Source: Trichomonas gallinae
Taxonomy: Eukaryota
DNA length: 39,163 nucleotides
Direction: 5' to 3'
Assembly: GCA_008369845.1 (NCBI GenBank)
Contig: MRSU01005016.1
Coordinates: forward strand, 1 to 39,163
Shown one piece after another: positions 19,901 through 30,800 of this stretch (the first letter of the stretch is position 1; each line of letters begins with the position of its first letter). A model generated the notes under the pieces. It made no database searches, was not told the origin of the DNA, and worked only from the letters and a program-made list of their open reading frames with translations. A program made the translations under genes and the position numbers.

Positions 19901-21648
19901 CAATGTCAGCCGAGTCTTTCACTATGATGACTATGTATATATTGACTGTTTTATCAGGCGACCAATACCAAACTACATCAAAAGAAACAATTTTAAGACT
20001 GTCTTCTTTTGTTTTGAGCAGTTTGGAAGACGCTGATCAAGCTTTAGTTGACGGAGCAAAGAATTCGCCGCCTTGTTTCGGATATAATCTTAAACTCGAC
20101 CTGTTGAATGTCATCGGACAAAGACTTGAAACACCAACAATGTCTCCAAGTGATTTCTACGTCGATGCTTCTGCCCACCAGATGATACAGATCTACATAG
20201 GCTACGCGCGCAGTATATTGAAAGCATTCCAATTACCAAGTGGACCAGGAACAGCTTGGATTGATGATTTAATGAACGCATTATATTTATCTAATTATAG
20301 AATGTACAACAAACTTTACCAAGTCACGAGTTTGCTTATGAGCCTCGGCTCGCAAAGAGTTGAAGATCAGCGACATTTGATGATCATATTCATTTGCTTG
20401 ACATTTGTTTGTTTGATTATTTTGGGCGTCAGTGTTTTGTTCTACCATAGGAATCGTGTACAAACATACAGAGCTGCTCTTATGGTCATCAAGCGTTTTT
20501 CGCCTTACACATTAATCAACTCCAAGCTTTTCGAGAAAATATTCCTTCACGGAAAAGGCGACGACAAGTCAGAAAAATTATCTATAGAAGGACAAATCAT
20601 CAAGATTGCAAACGATGCCGTTGTCTGCACCAATTTATACGGAGTCGTTGAAATCGTCAACAACTCAACAACATCTATGATCGGCTTCACTGCAGATCAA
20701 ATTCTCGGCCAAAACATTGTCGGTTTCTTCAAGGACGAAGACTCGAAGAAAATGCTAAGCAAGATGGACCAGATGAGAAATGGCCAAAGCTCCTCTTTCT
20801 TTGAGGATGATTTCATTCTCATTAACGATACAAACGAAGAAATTGTTGTCAAAGTCAGCATCTTCGGAATGAAGAAAGACGATTCAAGTGATGTCAACTC
20901 TTTTGTCGTGATCATGAAAGACCAAAATAAGCTATTTTTACAGAAGCAACAAGCGGAAGAAGCCAAAGCTAAATCAGAGAACTTGCTTTACCAGATTCTT
21001 CCTCGAGACATTGTTCTACAGATCAACCGCGGCGAGAAAGAAATATCATTCGAAGTTCCGTTTGCTACTGTTATATTTATAGATATCGACAAGTTTAGTG
21101 AATATGCTGCGAATTTGAATCCTCAGGGCATCATGAACAATCTTTCATTCTATTTCTCGTGCATCGACAAAATCGCAGCAAAATACAACCTTATACAGAA
21201 GATCAAATTAATCGGAGATATTTACATGGCAGCTTCTGGTTTGTTCAACCAAGATATTCCAGCAGAGCAACACGCGGACCAGGCAATTCTCTTTGGCCAG
21301 GAAGTTATAAGTCACATGGAAGAAGTCAATCTTAGACTTGTTTCTTCTCTTTCCATTCGCGTCGGTATCAACAGTGGCGGACCTCTTATCGCTGGCGTTC
21401 TTGGAAAAGATAAACCAGCTTTCGACATCGTCGGTGATACAATCAATATTGCTGCAAGACTCCAGACAACTGCCGAGCCAAATCATGTTCACATTTCACA
21501 GGCAACACTTTCTCTCGTCAGCAACATGAACTATGATGTTATTGCTCGCGGTGAGACATTCTTGAAAGGCAAAGGACGAGAACTGACATTCTACATCAAA
21601 CCAAACAATCCTGTCTTCTCGGCCCTCGGATCAACAATATATCAATAA
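16948..21648 (+). CDS. Multi-transmembrane class III adenylyl cyclase with PAS domain (trichomonad TMAC family), copy 2
   Basis: Colinear paralog of 4775-9523 (shared GYPFL, NMPAMIGT, KLKLVELKT, RSA[IV]DSTKL, GKGDDK.EKLS.EG). Catalytic IFIDIDKFS, KIKLIGDIYM, FDIVGDTINIAARLQ, LKGKG intact. Confidence 0.93.
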   Translation: MTSAHQTTIASQSLDQAALNLEFLQKTGFIEKHFPLFHALFLQKLIPTIFGYPFLFLYFTQCLFIVAWPWLKYMDGERENKLMRWLFRVLLFLDSNPTDNNYLFAAIGMWICAYSTVFLIQFQLFYYNFQRKFVSFLNYPIRLYYDTFLVWHNMPAMIGTFQTLLKLFRGEANIKIVFAFIFYAMGYFYMIVSFTMVHLFAAKSIYVWRWPLLNFDPLLMIYTIWFNLSMIAIFHILTLFEHWAPLVAVFMHMIGFAYLGWYLFANVSFVDIIFQSMGIAWFFSCSVSDFVVLLASFIPNTFYYTPIGASVTCLCLLSGFMLFFNIFRYRWMKKRLSVERASQEEYYDYYDSIGLGENEGKALAYLKIGFQYYCPCFYNWTLMNYIVERYKSERALAICLHLISFFPKESRLQNKIEKEVLASRNIFWPVRFLIYEIEHLKTLRNFQNNSAMKLKLVELKTNSRQCEMMCRSAVDSTKLNAEFFEMMGEAFHQTRALWKEAIIDSPNNAKYYEEYSRYLCEAECDFVEGLIMKNRQNAIESGSSFSVDMSFRSMVRAFPQYLTKKIVDLQGRIIKNVTPEELRNSASVTANTTISNGTSSSSFSSALDNDVEDHLGRITFKMSRVRLALQRTLSRKMPKPILLIKEFSVFLIIVLPVIFGLSWYKTKSILLERVNNMQLLDELSLTRFYCALSNLDLILMVFKRAQFVPPMLEQMKKLMRESDIPYIDPYTNNLTALLNFTNRGSSYYQSLINRLTNLAIKGDDVNHYAAVLLTEKLLAHTCNEGNIVGNFDTYPSSLGSLIAMYLTNQRLLSSIIPSEIPDPFSQPNICELSSNYMAFFQGSSFLLGNISDAQDKRGQEFSYSLLLIEIFMPILTFIFAFVPFIVIHFSINRSLNEIIKLIQSLDIKAKNEAKEMILFHKDSDDLRMTDFLRRSRKSLYLIATICFVMMLLCFICFAACETCMQSNKDIEKLNHWNKYATSRLSMSAESFTMMTMYILTVLSGDQYQTTSKETILRLSSFVLSSLEDADQALVDGAKNSPPCFGYNLKLDLLNVIGQRLETPTMSPSDFYVDASAHQMIQIYIGYARSILKAFQLPSGPGTAWIDDLMNALYLSNYRMYNKLYQVTSLLMSLGSQRVEDQRHLMIIFICLTFVCLIILGVSVLFYHRNRVQTYRAALMVIKRFSPYTLINSKLFEKIFLHGKGDDKSEKLSIEGQIIKIANDAVVCTNLYGVVEIVNNSTTSMIGFTADQILGQNIVGFFKDEDSKKMLSKMDQMRNGQSSSFFEDDFILINDTNEEIVVKVSIFGMKKDDSSDVNSFVVIMKDQNKLFLQKQQAEEAKAKSENLLYQILPRDIVLQINRGEKEISFEVPFATVIFIDIDKFSEYAANLNPQGIMNNLSFYFSCIDKIAAKYNLIQKIKLIGDIYMAASGLFNQDIPAEQHADQAILFGQEVISHMEEVNLRLVSSLSIRVGINSGGPLIAGVLGKDKPAFDIVGDTINIAARLQTTAEPNHVHISQATLSLVSNMNYDVIARGETFLKGKGRELTFYIKPNNPVFSALGSTIYQ

Positions 21649-22405
21649 TACATGTTATTTATTATTTTTTGTTTTTGTTTATTATTTTGTTTATTATTCA
21701 TATAAAAGTATATATTACTTCTTATTATATCATTAATTCATTTCAAGAATTAAAACATATAAATCATTGAAGATATGCTCATAACCATTACATTGCAATA
21801 ACCAATATTAGTATCAGCTTTTGTACTTCAATTTATCATATAACATATCTCAAAGATTTGATAATCAATAATATGTCAATTCCTCTGTTGATTCTTTCTG
21901 TTAATAATGTTATTGTGAGTTTTCGAAGTTCGTCAAGAAAGAAACAATTAATCTAGAAGATATTAAAGAAATTGACAATCAACATTATGATAATTCACTA
22001 TATTTTTGGAAACATTTCGATATACGAAAGAGAATGAGCTTACTCACTGGACTAATCAATCATCATCCATTTTTTTTGTTATCACTGATGAAATTTGATT
22101 ATTTTAAGTGTATTGTATGTACTATAATAATATAGTATAAATATGTAATTTTTGAATTTTAATAAATCAGGACAATAGATGGAATCGATTTTTTTGGTCT
22201 TGGTAAAAAATTATCGTAAAGCATTCAAAAATTGAATTCCAAAAACAAAAAAAAACCACCAAACTGTATAAAACATTACCAAACACCATATTTATATATA
22301 TTTCGGAATCTATATACTATTGACTCATGTTTGGAGTCATTTTAATAAAATATTTCTGTACTTTACAGCTTCATTAACCTTATTTTTTGTCAAACTATAT
22401 GATAG

Positions 22406-22557
22406 TTTTGCAAATTAAAATACTATTCATTATAACGAACATATCCTTAATTACACAGCAAATTCTGAAGAATCAGTTTTTTTATAATTTTGCAAATTAA
22501 TATACTATATATTATAATGGCCATGTTCTTAAAGTATTACAGAAAAATTCTGAAGTA
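22406..22557 (+). repeat. Degenerate tandem duplication, period about 82 bp
   Basis: TTTTGCAAATTAA.ATACTAT..ATTATAA...CAT.T...TTAA...AAATTCTGAAG begins at 22406 and again at 22488. Confidence 0.7.
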
Positions 22558-22982
22558 TAAAATTTTTACCACGTGAAAATGCGTAAAATAGTCAATTATA
22601 ATATTTATGATTATTTTCATTTTAAATTGCATTGAAATTTGAATTGAAAATAATTTTTTTATCAATTTGCGGTTAACATTTTTATTCGGTTTTTACATAA
22701 GTATTAAAGCGTTTGTTTTATAATGATTAACAAAATGATGGATTATTTTTTTGTGAGGATGGGCAGATCAATTTCAATACTTTTTGAATTTTTTTTTATT
22801 CAAACATTGTTGTTTAGGATTTTTTTTTTGCGAATAAGAATAAGCCATTTTCACGAAAATATATGATCTATATAAGATGTATATTGTTCGTTCGATGCAG
22901 CTTGGTGATGCTTTAAATTGCATGCGTACAATATGGAAATTATTAAGACTAATAAACATATAATTTTACTTCTATTACTGTA

Positions 22983-23504
22983 TTACATATAATCTAAAGT
23001 GACTAGTGGCTCCATTTCGATCTTCGACATGAAATCGAGACTAAAATCTGCCACAGGTTCTGGTGATAGCGTTGGTTCTGGATTCTTTGCGTATTTAATC
23101 TTGGAGTCTTTCCTCATTAATACAATCCATCTGTTTTTCACGTTAACATCGGTTCGTTTTTCAAAATGGTTTGAGATTTCTACCCATTTCGGACCAATAG
23201 AATAGTAAAGTGTTCGTAATTTTTCGTCTTCTTCATCCGTCCATGCGGAATTCTTAATACTTGGACAAAGGTAATGTTTATATCTTTCACGGCATTGCCT
23301 TGCTGTTTTCCCAGGCATCTCATTCGAGATACAGGCCCAATTGCATGCTCCATATGTCTGAACTAGTTTTCGGAGACGATTGTCTTCTTCGGATGTGAAT
23401 TGAGACCTACCAATTGTTGATTTTGAGCAGTTAATGAAGTACTCGCGCAAGGCAACTTGTTCTTCCTTGGTCAATTTCGTGAGGGCTTGGCTGATAATAT
23501 CCAT
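22983..23504 (-). CDS. R2R3 Myb-like DNA-binding protein
   Basis: FTSEEDNRLRKLVQTYGACNW..IS..MPGKTARQCRERYKHYL.P / WTDEEDEKL...IGPKW.EIS..F..RTDVNVKNRW. Confidence 0.95.
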   Translation of the reverse strand: MDIISQALTKLTKEEQVALREYFINCSKSTIGRSQFTSEEDNRLRKLVQTYGACNWACISNEMPGKTARQCRERYKHYLCPSIKNSAWTDEEDEKLRTLYYSIGPKWVEISNHFEKRTDVNVKNRWIVLMRKDSKIKYAKNPEPTLSPEPVADFSLDFMSKIEMEPLVTLDYM

Positions 23505-24786
23505 TTTGAAAAATAACTATATACTCACAATCTGTTCTGCCGCCTCAATTTTTTACAAAAATTTTTATGAAATAAACATTCATAAATCTATAATAGCTAT
23601 CGAAAAAACATTTTTGTCAAATTTGACAGCACGGGTGTGACAGCATCTGTAAAAGTGACAAGACATCATTTCACATTCCAATATAAATATTATTGCATAT
23701 AAAGTTATTTAAAAAATATTTTTAAAAATTGAATTGGTCATGTTCAGATATATTTGTCAAAAAAGTTCTATTTTGTTCAAACTCACAGGTCTTGGGAGAT
23801 AACATATAAAATCGTGCACTAAACAACATATTTCAAGTATTTGATTTTTTATCTTTTCTTGGTGGAATTTTCTGGAAATTACCAAACCATTTTTATTTTC
23901 AACTTGGGCAAATATATCATAACATACATGAGCAAAGTTAAAAGAATATTCTATAAACAGCTAGAAAAAACAAAGTTCATTTATGAATGAAATATTATTC
24001 GACTATTTAATTATTTTAACATTCATTATATGAGAATATTAGTTGTAATATATTTTCTTAGCATATTAAATGCTGAAACTAATAGAAATTGAATTTGGAT
24101 ATATCATCAATCTTGAGATATTGTGATGATAACATATAATTCAACACTGAAGACAAAACATGTTATTATCACAATCAAATGAAGCTTGGATACAACAAAA
24201 TATTTTAAACCGCATTTAAGATTAACAATGCCATCATTTTCATTCTAATTTCAACAATATCTTAAATCTCACCAACGTGAATATATCTTGAATTATGCAA
24301 ATCGATAAAAAAATCAATGCATTGGATAATTTACTAAATTAATTCGAATCACTGACCGACATTACATTAATAATTTATATGTTGGCTATGAAAGATTACA
24401 GATGAAAAATATACATGATTCTTTTGGATAATCATTTTTTTCATGAATTTGATTGAAAATGGAAGATTTCATTGAGAATGAACATATTTAAAGGCTTTCA
24501 TATCATAACAACTCTAATAATATCATTGAGATCGTTTTATGATGTGTTGCACAGCCTGGCAACAATCTTTTTTACTCAACACATGTTGATAAAACATGCA
24601 TTATCATCAATAATTATAAGCTCAACTCCTAAATTACCAACTTAGATTTCTAATGCACCCGTAAAATAAGGTGTAAAATTAATATTAATTTTAATTAATG
24701 ATTTGGTATGAAAAAGACTCAAAGAAATCAGATATTGATCAATTTTTGGAAAATAAAAATCAGATCATTGAGAGTGTAAAGAAAAT

Positions 24787-24811
24787 AGCCGTTTAAAATT
24801 AGAAAAGTGAC
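24787..24811 (+). promoter_or_regulatory. Core promoter of the dynein-like gene: Myb-site-like AGCCGTTT (M3-like) plus AAAGTGAC (M2-like)
   Basis: AGCCGTTT at 24787-24794 and AAAGTGAC at 24804-24811, followed by AAT-ATG. Confidence 0.55.
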
Positions 24812-24818
24812 AATATGG

Positions 24819-27800
24819 ATGGAAAAACAGAATTCTAGGTCTAAAACTATTAATTCTACGAGCAAAGAGTTAAAGTTAGGACCCGCAAAACTAACATATT
24901 CCGGCAGATCGAGTTATTATGTTAAAAAACCTAAATCAAATTTATTAAAGGTAAATATTCCTCAAGAACTAACGAAAAACACTACTGATTCATCAAAAAC
25001 TCACGAAAAAACTACAAGAAAGATCGTTGTATCGTCTTCTCAATCAAAACCAAAAAATAATAATATTTTTCCTAAAATTGATTTAGAAATGGAATTTGGC
25101 TTCCAATTGATACCTTTGATATTCTTCGATGATTCAAACCTAGAAACAGTTGATTTAAACAAACTTTCCAAAAAAATAGAAAATGACGAAATTGTAACAG
25201 GTTCTTCGATTTCTTTTAACAACTTTAAAGAAGAATGGAAACAAGTCCTTATTCTAGGAATATCCTCGGATCGTAGCACATTTTACGTCGAATTTTGCGA
25301 CTCTGACATAAGAAAATTTGTTTCAAGATTAAATTTGATTATTTCTGGGGAAAATCGTGACAAATTTTTCGAGCGACGACGAAAAGCAGAGAAGACAAGA
25401 GAGTCATTCATGAGATATGAAAGATTTTACGCATATATTGATCAGACTTTGAATCCAATGGAATCATATATTAAACCAAATAATTTTAAAATGCTGCTGG
25501 CAAAAATCAAGCCAAAACTTTTAACAAACTATTCAAGGGTTTCCAAAATCTTTAGAGAAGTATGCATGCTCGATGTTACAACTACTTATGTAGCTAATTA
25601 TAAGAAAAATCTAAATCAAAACAAAAAAGCAGCAAAAGAATTCGAAAAAAGAAATTTTCCAATTTTATCTGATTTTCCGTTGGCTTTTAATTGTCTTCCA
25701 AAAGTAATAATAACAAATGTAGACATCAAAAAGGAAGCTAATATGATTAAATCTATTGGACAAATTATTAGTATTAAGCAGAAAGCGAGATCTTTGATCA
25801 ATTTTAGATTTATTGAGTTCGATGAAACAATTACTGATGTTATCCAATTTTGTAGAACAGTTCAAAATGTTGTAAAATACAATATTTCAACAACATTCAT
25901 ATCAACAATTTCTAGTATAGTCAAACAAATCAAGAATATTACGTTTTTCAACCAAGAAATGGCAAAAACAATTGATCACATTGTTGTAACAACGATTTCA
26001 GAAATTATAAATAGTTTATTGAAAGAGTTTTACGATTATATAGATAACAAAATTACTCCATTCAAGAAGACGTTCACGGATAAAATAGAAATGAGCTTGA
26101 GTGCTGAAATTGCCGCATTGCATCAGACTGTTGATGTTTTAGTTTATTCGTGGGAAGAAGCAAATGTTTTTAGGATTGGTGGACTCTTTGAGATGGATAA
26201 TGATTGTTACAGACCAAACATGGAAATGATTCAGCCTCAGATGGATTCATTGCTGAAGTTTTTAGATGAAATTGTTATACCTCCAATACAATTAATCCAT
26301 GAAAAAGTTACTGAGTTCGATCAAAAGTTTCGATATGGCTTTTATTATGATTTTTATGAAGTGCAAAGAATTATTGAATGCATGGATTTAGATTCAGCAG
26401 TTATGATGCATCAGCTTTCTAAAAATTCTATTCCACCAACACAGATGCTCACTCATGACATGATAAATGATTTCATACAGATAAATAATGAAATTTTGCA
26501 GCTGATTGAAGAACTGATTTCGACGAAAACTACTTATTACACTAAGCTTTTAGTCATCAATTTCACACATTTAGCGAGAGAAGCTTTACACGGGTTAGAA
26601 TATGTTTCAAAAGCTATCTACATGAAATTATATTTGCATTGCATGTCAGAGATAGAATCATTATATTGTGTTTTGGAATTCACCAAAAACTTGTTGACAG
26701 TTGAACCTGTTGATCTTTCATCATTTATTGTGCTCAAAAATGATATGGACAGAGCATTCGAAATTCTTAAGAAGATGAACAAAGATATTTCATTTATACA
26801 AAGTGTCATCGAAGAATTGTCAAACAACTCTTTCCCTTTCACTTTGCAAGTCCAGCAATTTATGTTTGAATTCAGATTGTATCTTTCCAAATTCACCAAG
26901 ACTCTTCCGCTGAGACAAACAGAGCTCAAAGAGAGAAGAATTATCATCAAAAATGAATATGATCTCAAAGAAAATCAGCTTTTATTTATTTACACAGATT
27001 TGGATCTAGAACTCGGAGTTCTTCTTCGACAAGGCTTCACTAAGAACATATCTAGCATTGCTGAAAGAACTGTTGTTTTAAATGATAGATTCAATCAAGC
27101 TGTCGAAGATTTCCACGAAATTAAAAGAGGCGACAAATACTTGGAAAGACAAACATTCGATGAAACAAATTTGTTGGAGGGTCAAAGACTTTCTTTATGC
27201 TTACGAAAGTTATGGGTTGCAACAGCTGAATACTCAAGTGAGAACGAGAAAATTGCTGGAACACAAATACAAGCAATAAACACCAAGGATGTCAGCGAAA
27301 AATTTGCAAGATGGGTTGCTTCTATCAAAGATGCGTGTGAAGGACTCAAAGATTTTCCAATTCCAAGGAATGTTGCTCTTCTTGTCGAAAACAATGTTTC
27401 TAATTTCAACAATTATATTCCAATTATCAATGCTTTAGGTTCAATTTATCTAAGAAATCGACACTGGATAAAAATCAACGAGTTATTCCAAATCGATCAT
27501 CCTTTAGATACAAGCGCAACTCTCTATTATTTGATCGACATAATAGTCTTAGACAAGCAGAAGGAAATCATGGACATTGTTTATGTTGCCGAGCAAGAAT
27601 ATATACTTGAAGATTTTCTCGATGCTTCAATCGCGAATTTCTATGATTGGACATTTTCATTAACTTTATTCAACGCTCCAAAATTTATTCAAACAGGAAT
27701 CTCGAAATTACAAGATCAAGTCAAAGATATAAGGAAAGTTAAACACTCTAAGTACAGAGAACCATTTGAACAAAAGCTCGAGAAGCATGAGAATTTTGTT

Positions 27801-30800
27801 ACTCAAATGCAGACTTTCGTAAATTTAGTCAGAAAAACTTATGATTTGTATATTTATCAAAGTGATTTTATGGAAGCTGATGATACTCAAAAGCATCAAT
27901 ATGCATTCTATTTGTCATTTGGTGATTTGAAAGAAGCAGTTTCTGAGCTTTGGTCGAAATGTACTTGTTGCGTTTTATCAATATCAATGATCGAAAAACT
28001 CGAAGCAATTTATGTCAAATTTAAAGAGTTGAAAGAAAAGATTTATCCATATCTTCAATCGAGAAGGAAAGAATATTATAGGCTTCAGTTTCTTGGCAAC
28101 TCAGAATTATTCTCTTACATAGCATCAACAAAAAGTCCAGAAAGATTTTCAGAGCAAGTTAAAAATCTTTTTCCTTCTCTCGACGGAATTGTTATTGAAA
28201 GCAACAAAATTGTTGCTGTTCTAGGAAAGAATGAAGAAAGACTTGACATATCACCAATCGAATATGACACAAAAGATGTTCCATTGTTATTGAAAAAAAT
28301 TGAAAATCGAATCGAAGATGTTTTAATGTCAACAATTCTTGATTGTGCAGATAAATCGGAGAAATATTTAATCGACAGAATGCCATCAGTAACATATCAA
28401 GAGTTGTTTGTTATTTTGAACATCAAATTCACAAAATACGTCAAAAATATTATCGGTGAAAGAGAATTTAACCAAGTCTGCAATAGATTGATGAATTTCA
28501 AGAAATCAATTAACATGGCCTGCACGAATTACGTTACAATTGATTCCATTGATTCATTGTTTGATTATTATGAATTAATCTTGAATCAAATTGCTTCACT
28601 TAACAAATGGAATTTTAAACTAAACGAAAAAGCAGCTCAGCGCAAGAAAATAACAATGTCAACATTCACAGAAACAAATCAACTCAAACCTGTGCCTTCA
28701 CAGCAGTCAATTCCAGAATTTGGTTCATCTTCATCTTTAAATATTTTTGGTTCTCCTTCATCGATAAATGCATCTTTTCCAAAATTCCAATTATCTGAAT
28801 CCCCTTCACCATCGCAGATATTTGGTTCTCCTTTATCGATGAACATGTCATCTCCTAAATTCCAATTATCATCATCGCCAACAACTCCTCCAAAACCAAT
28901 CCAAAAATCTCCTTCATCAATTAAATTCACAAGTCCACTATTGAGTGCTGAGCAAACTACATCAGAGACATCAGAAACAGATTACACTTATGTATCAGCG
29001 ACATCATCATTGTCAAATTTCAAGAATAATGCAATCAAGCCGTTTAATTCAGCTTTCTTCAAGGTTGGCGAAGAAAGAGCATTGCAACCAAACTATTTCG
29101 CAAGGACAATTACACTTCCTGACTTTCCACAGTTTTTCTTGAAAGACTCAAAAGTTGTCATCAATTTCAAAAAGTATTCGATTAATTATGGATTTGAATT
29201 CATTCCTAATACATTCAAAATGGATGACATGCCAACATTTGATGAATTGCTAAGTTTCGTTGAAGCATCTTCTTACAATGGATCTTGTGCAATTATTCAT
29301 GACTCAATCATTGCAAACAAGTTTGTTAATTTCGCGGCGAATTTCATGGGTAAATATGCATTTGGCGTTCATTGCAGCTCAGATTATTTCGAAGAGAAAA
29401 AGAATCAAATTTTAAATTCACTTGAAATCGAAAAAGTTTGGATTCATTTGGAAGATTTTGATTACATGGATTCATCGACACAGTTAGACATTGCATATTC
29501 ATTGATGAATGACATCAATGGAATTTTGATAACAAGTGGACTTTATATTTCTCAAGTTTTATACACATTCTTGAGACCAATAATCATCGATGAGGACATC
29601 AGCTCGTGGCAATTCAATGTTGTTGTAGGAACAAATCATAATGACAACAAAAATGCAATTATTGAACATTTCAAAACAAATGAAAATAGAATCATCGAAA
29701 TTTTTAGTAGAGATGACATAGAAAAGAAGTTTATTGAAGAAGATTCAATAATATGGTATCATCACCATCCAATGATGTCTGACTGCTCTATTTTCGAAGA
29801 ATTCCCTTATTTCGAGCTCGAAAACAGTTCGAGAATTAAACTCAGTCGCGACACAAAATTTGTTTTCGAAGTTTCATCAGCTGAAAAGATTCCAACAAAT
29901 CTTGCTGATTATTGCAATCTAATAGCATATAAAGCTATTGATAGCGAATTCTGGGATCTTTACAACATATTCACGCAAGATATTGTCAATTTCTTTATTG
30001 GACAAGCAAAAATTTATTCTTCACTCAAGAACAGCATTTTCACACAATATCTCTGTGCATTGCTGACATCTTATAATCCTCAAGAAAAGAACAGAGTTTG
30101 CAACGCACTCAAAATTGATTACGATAAGCTGGAGTTGAGTGATATAGTTTTTAGTTGTTTATCTTCGAAAGAATCAATTATAGTTTTTGGAAATACAAAA
30201 ATCAAAATGATGAACTGGCTTTATTCGTTTTTATATAAATACTGTGATGATTTTTCATTTGTGTTCGATCCAGAAGAAGCAACAGAATCAAATGTTTGCA
30301 TAATTACACATGAAATTGATTTCAAAACATTGAACAAACAGTTTCAGTATCTAATTCTTCTTCCAGATTATCAAGAATTTTCATTCGAATTAGCCTATAG
30401 ATATGTTTTCTGTCCAGGAGCATTGATAAAAAATAATAATACACAAGTTTGCAAATCATTGAATGAAATGATTGATTCACTAACAAAAGTACAAAATTCA
30501 ATATCAATCATCTGCAACTCGAAGAAAGAAATTAACATTGAAAATTCTTATTTCATCAAAGATGAAAATGACATCGAAAATCTTCAAAAATGTTTTAATG
30601 GGAACAAAAACATTGTCATTGTAAAGCATCCAACAACAACTGTACCGAATTTACTTAAGATAAAATATCAAAAAGAAGGTGACGAGAAAATGAAAGAGAA
30701 AGAATATTTCAGGAGGTTATTGGAAATCAAATTCGTTTTTGTTTCTCCTTTCAAATCAAGTTCTGTTGAGTTTTTCGATCATTCACTTACATGTGAAGCA

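Noticed and set aside
22406..22557. Repeat pair as a CRISPR-like or satellite array
   Set aside because: Only two degenerate copies, no spacer structure, eukaryotic context.
24480..24545. TT.NNIIE-like sequence suggesting a Mutator transposase remnant
   Set aside because: It needs assumed frameshifts, and no other DDE motifs or terminal repeats were found.
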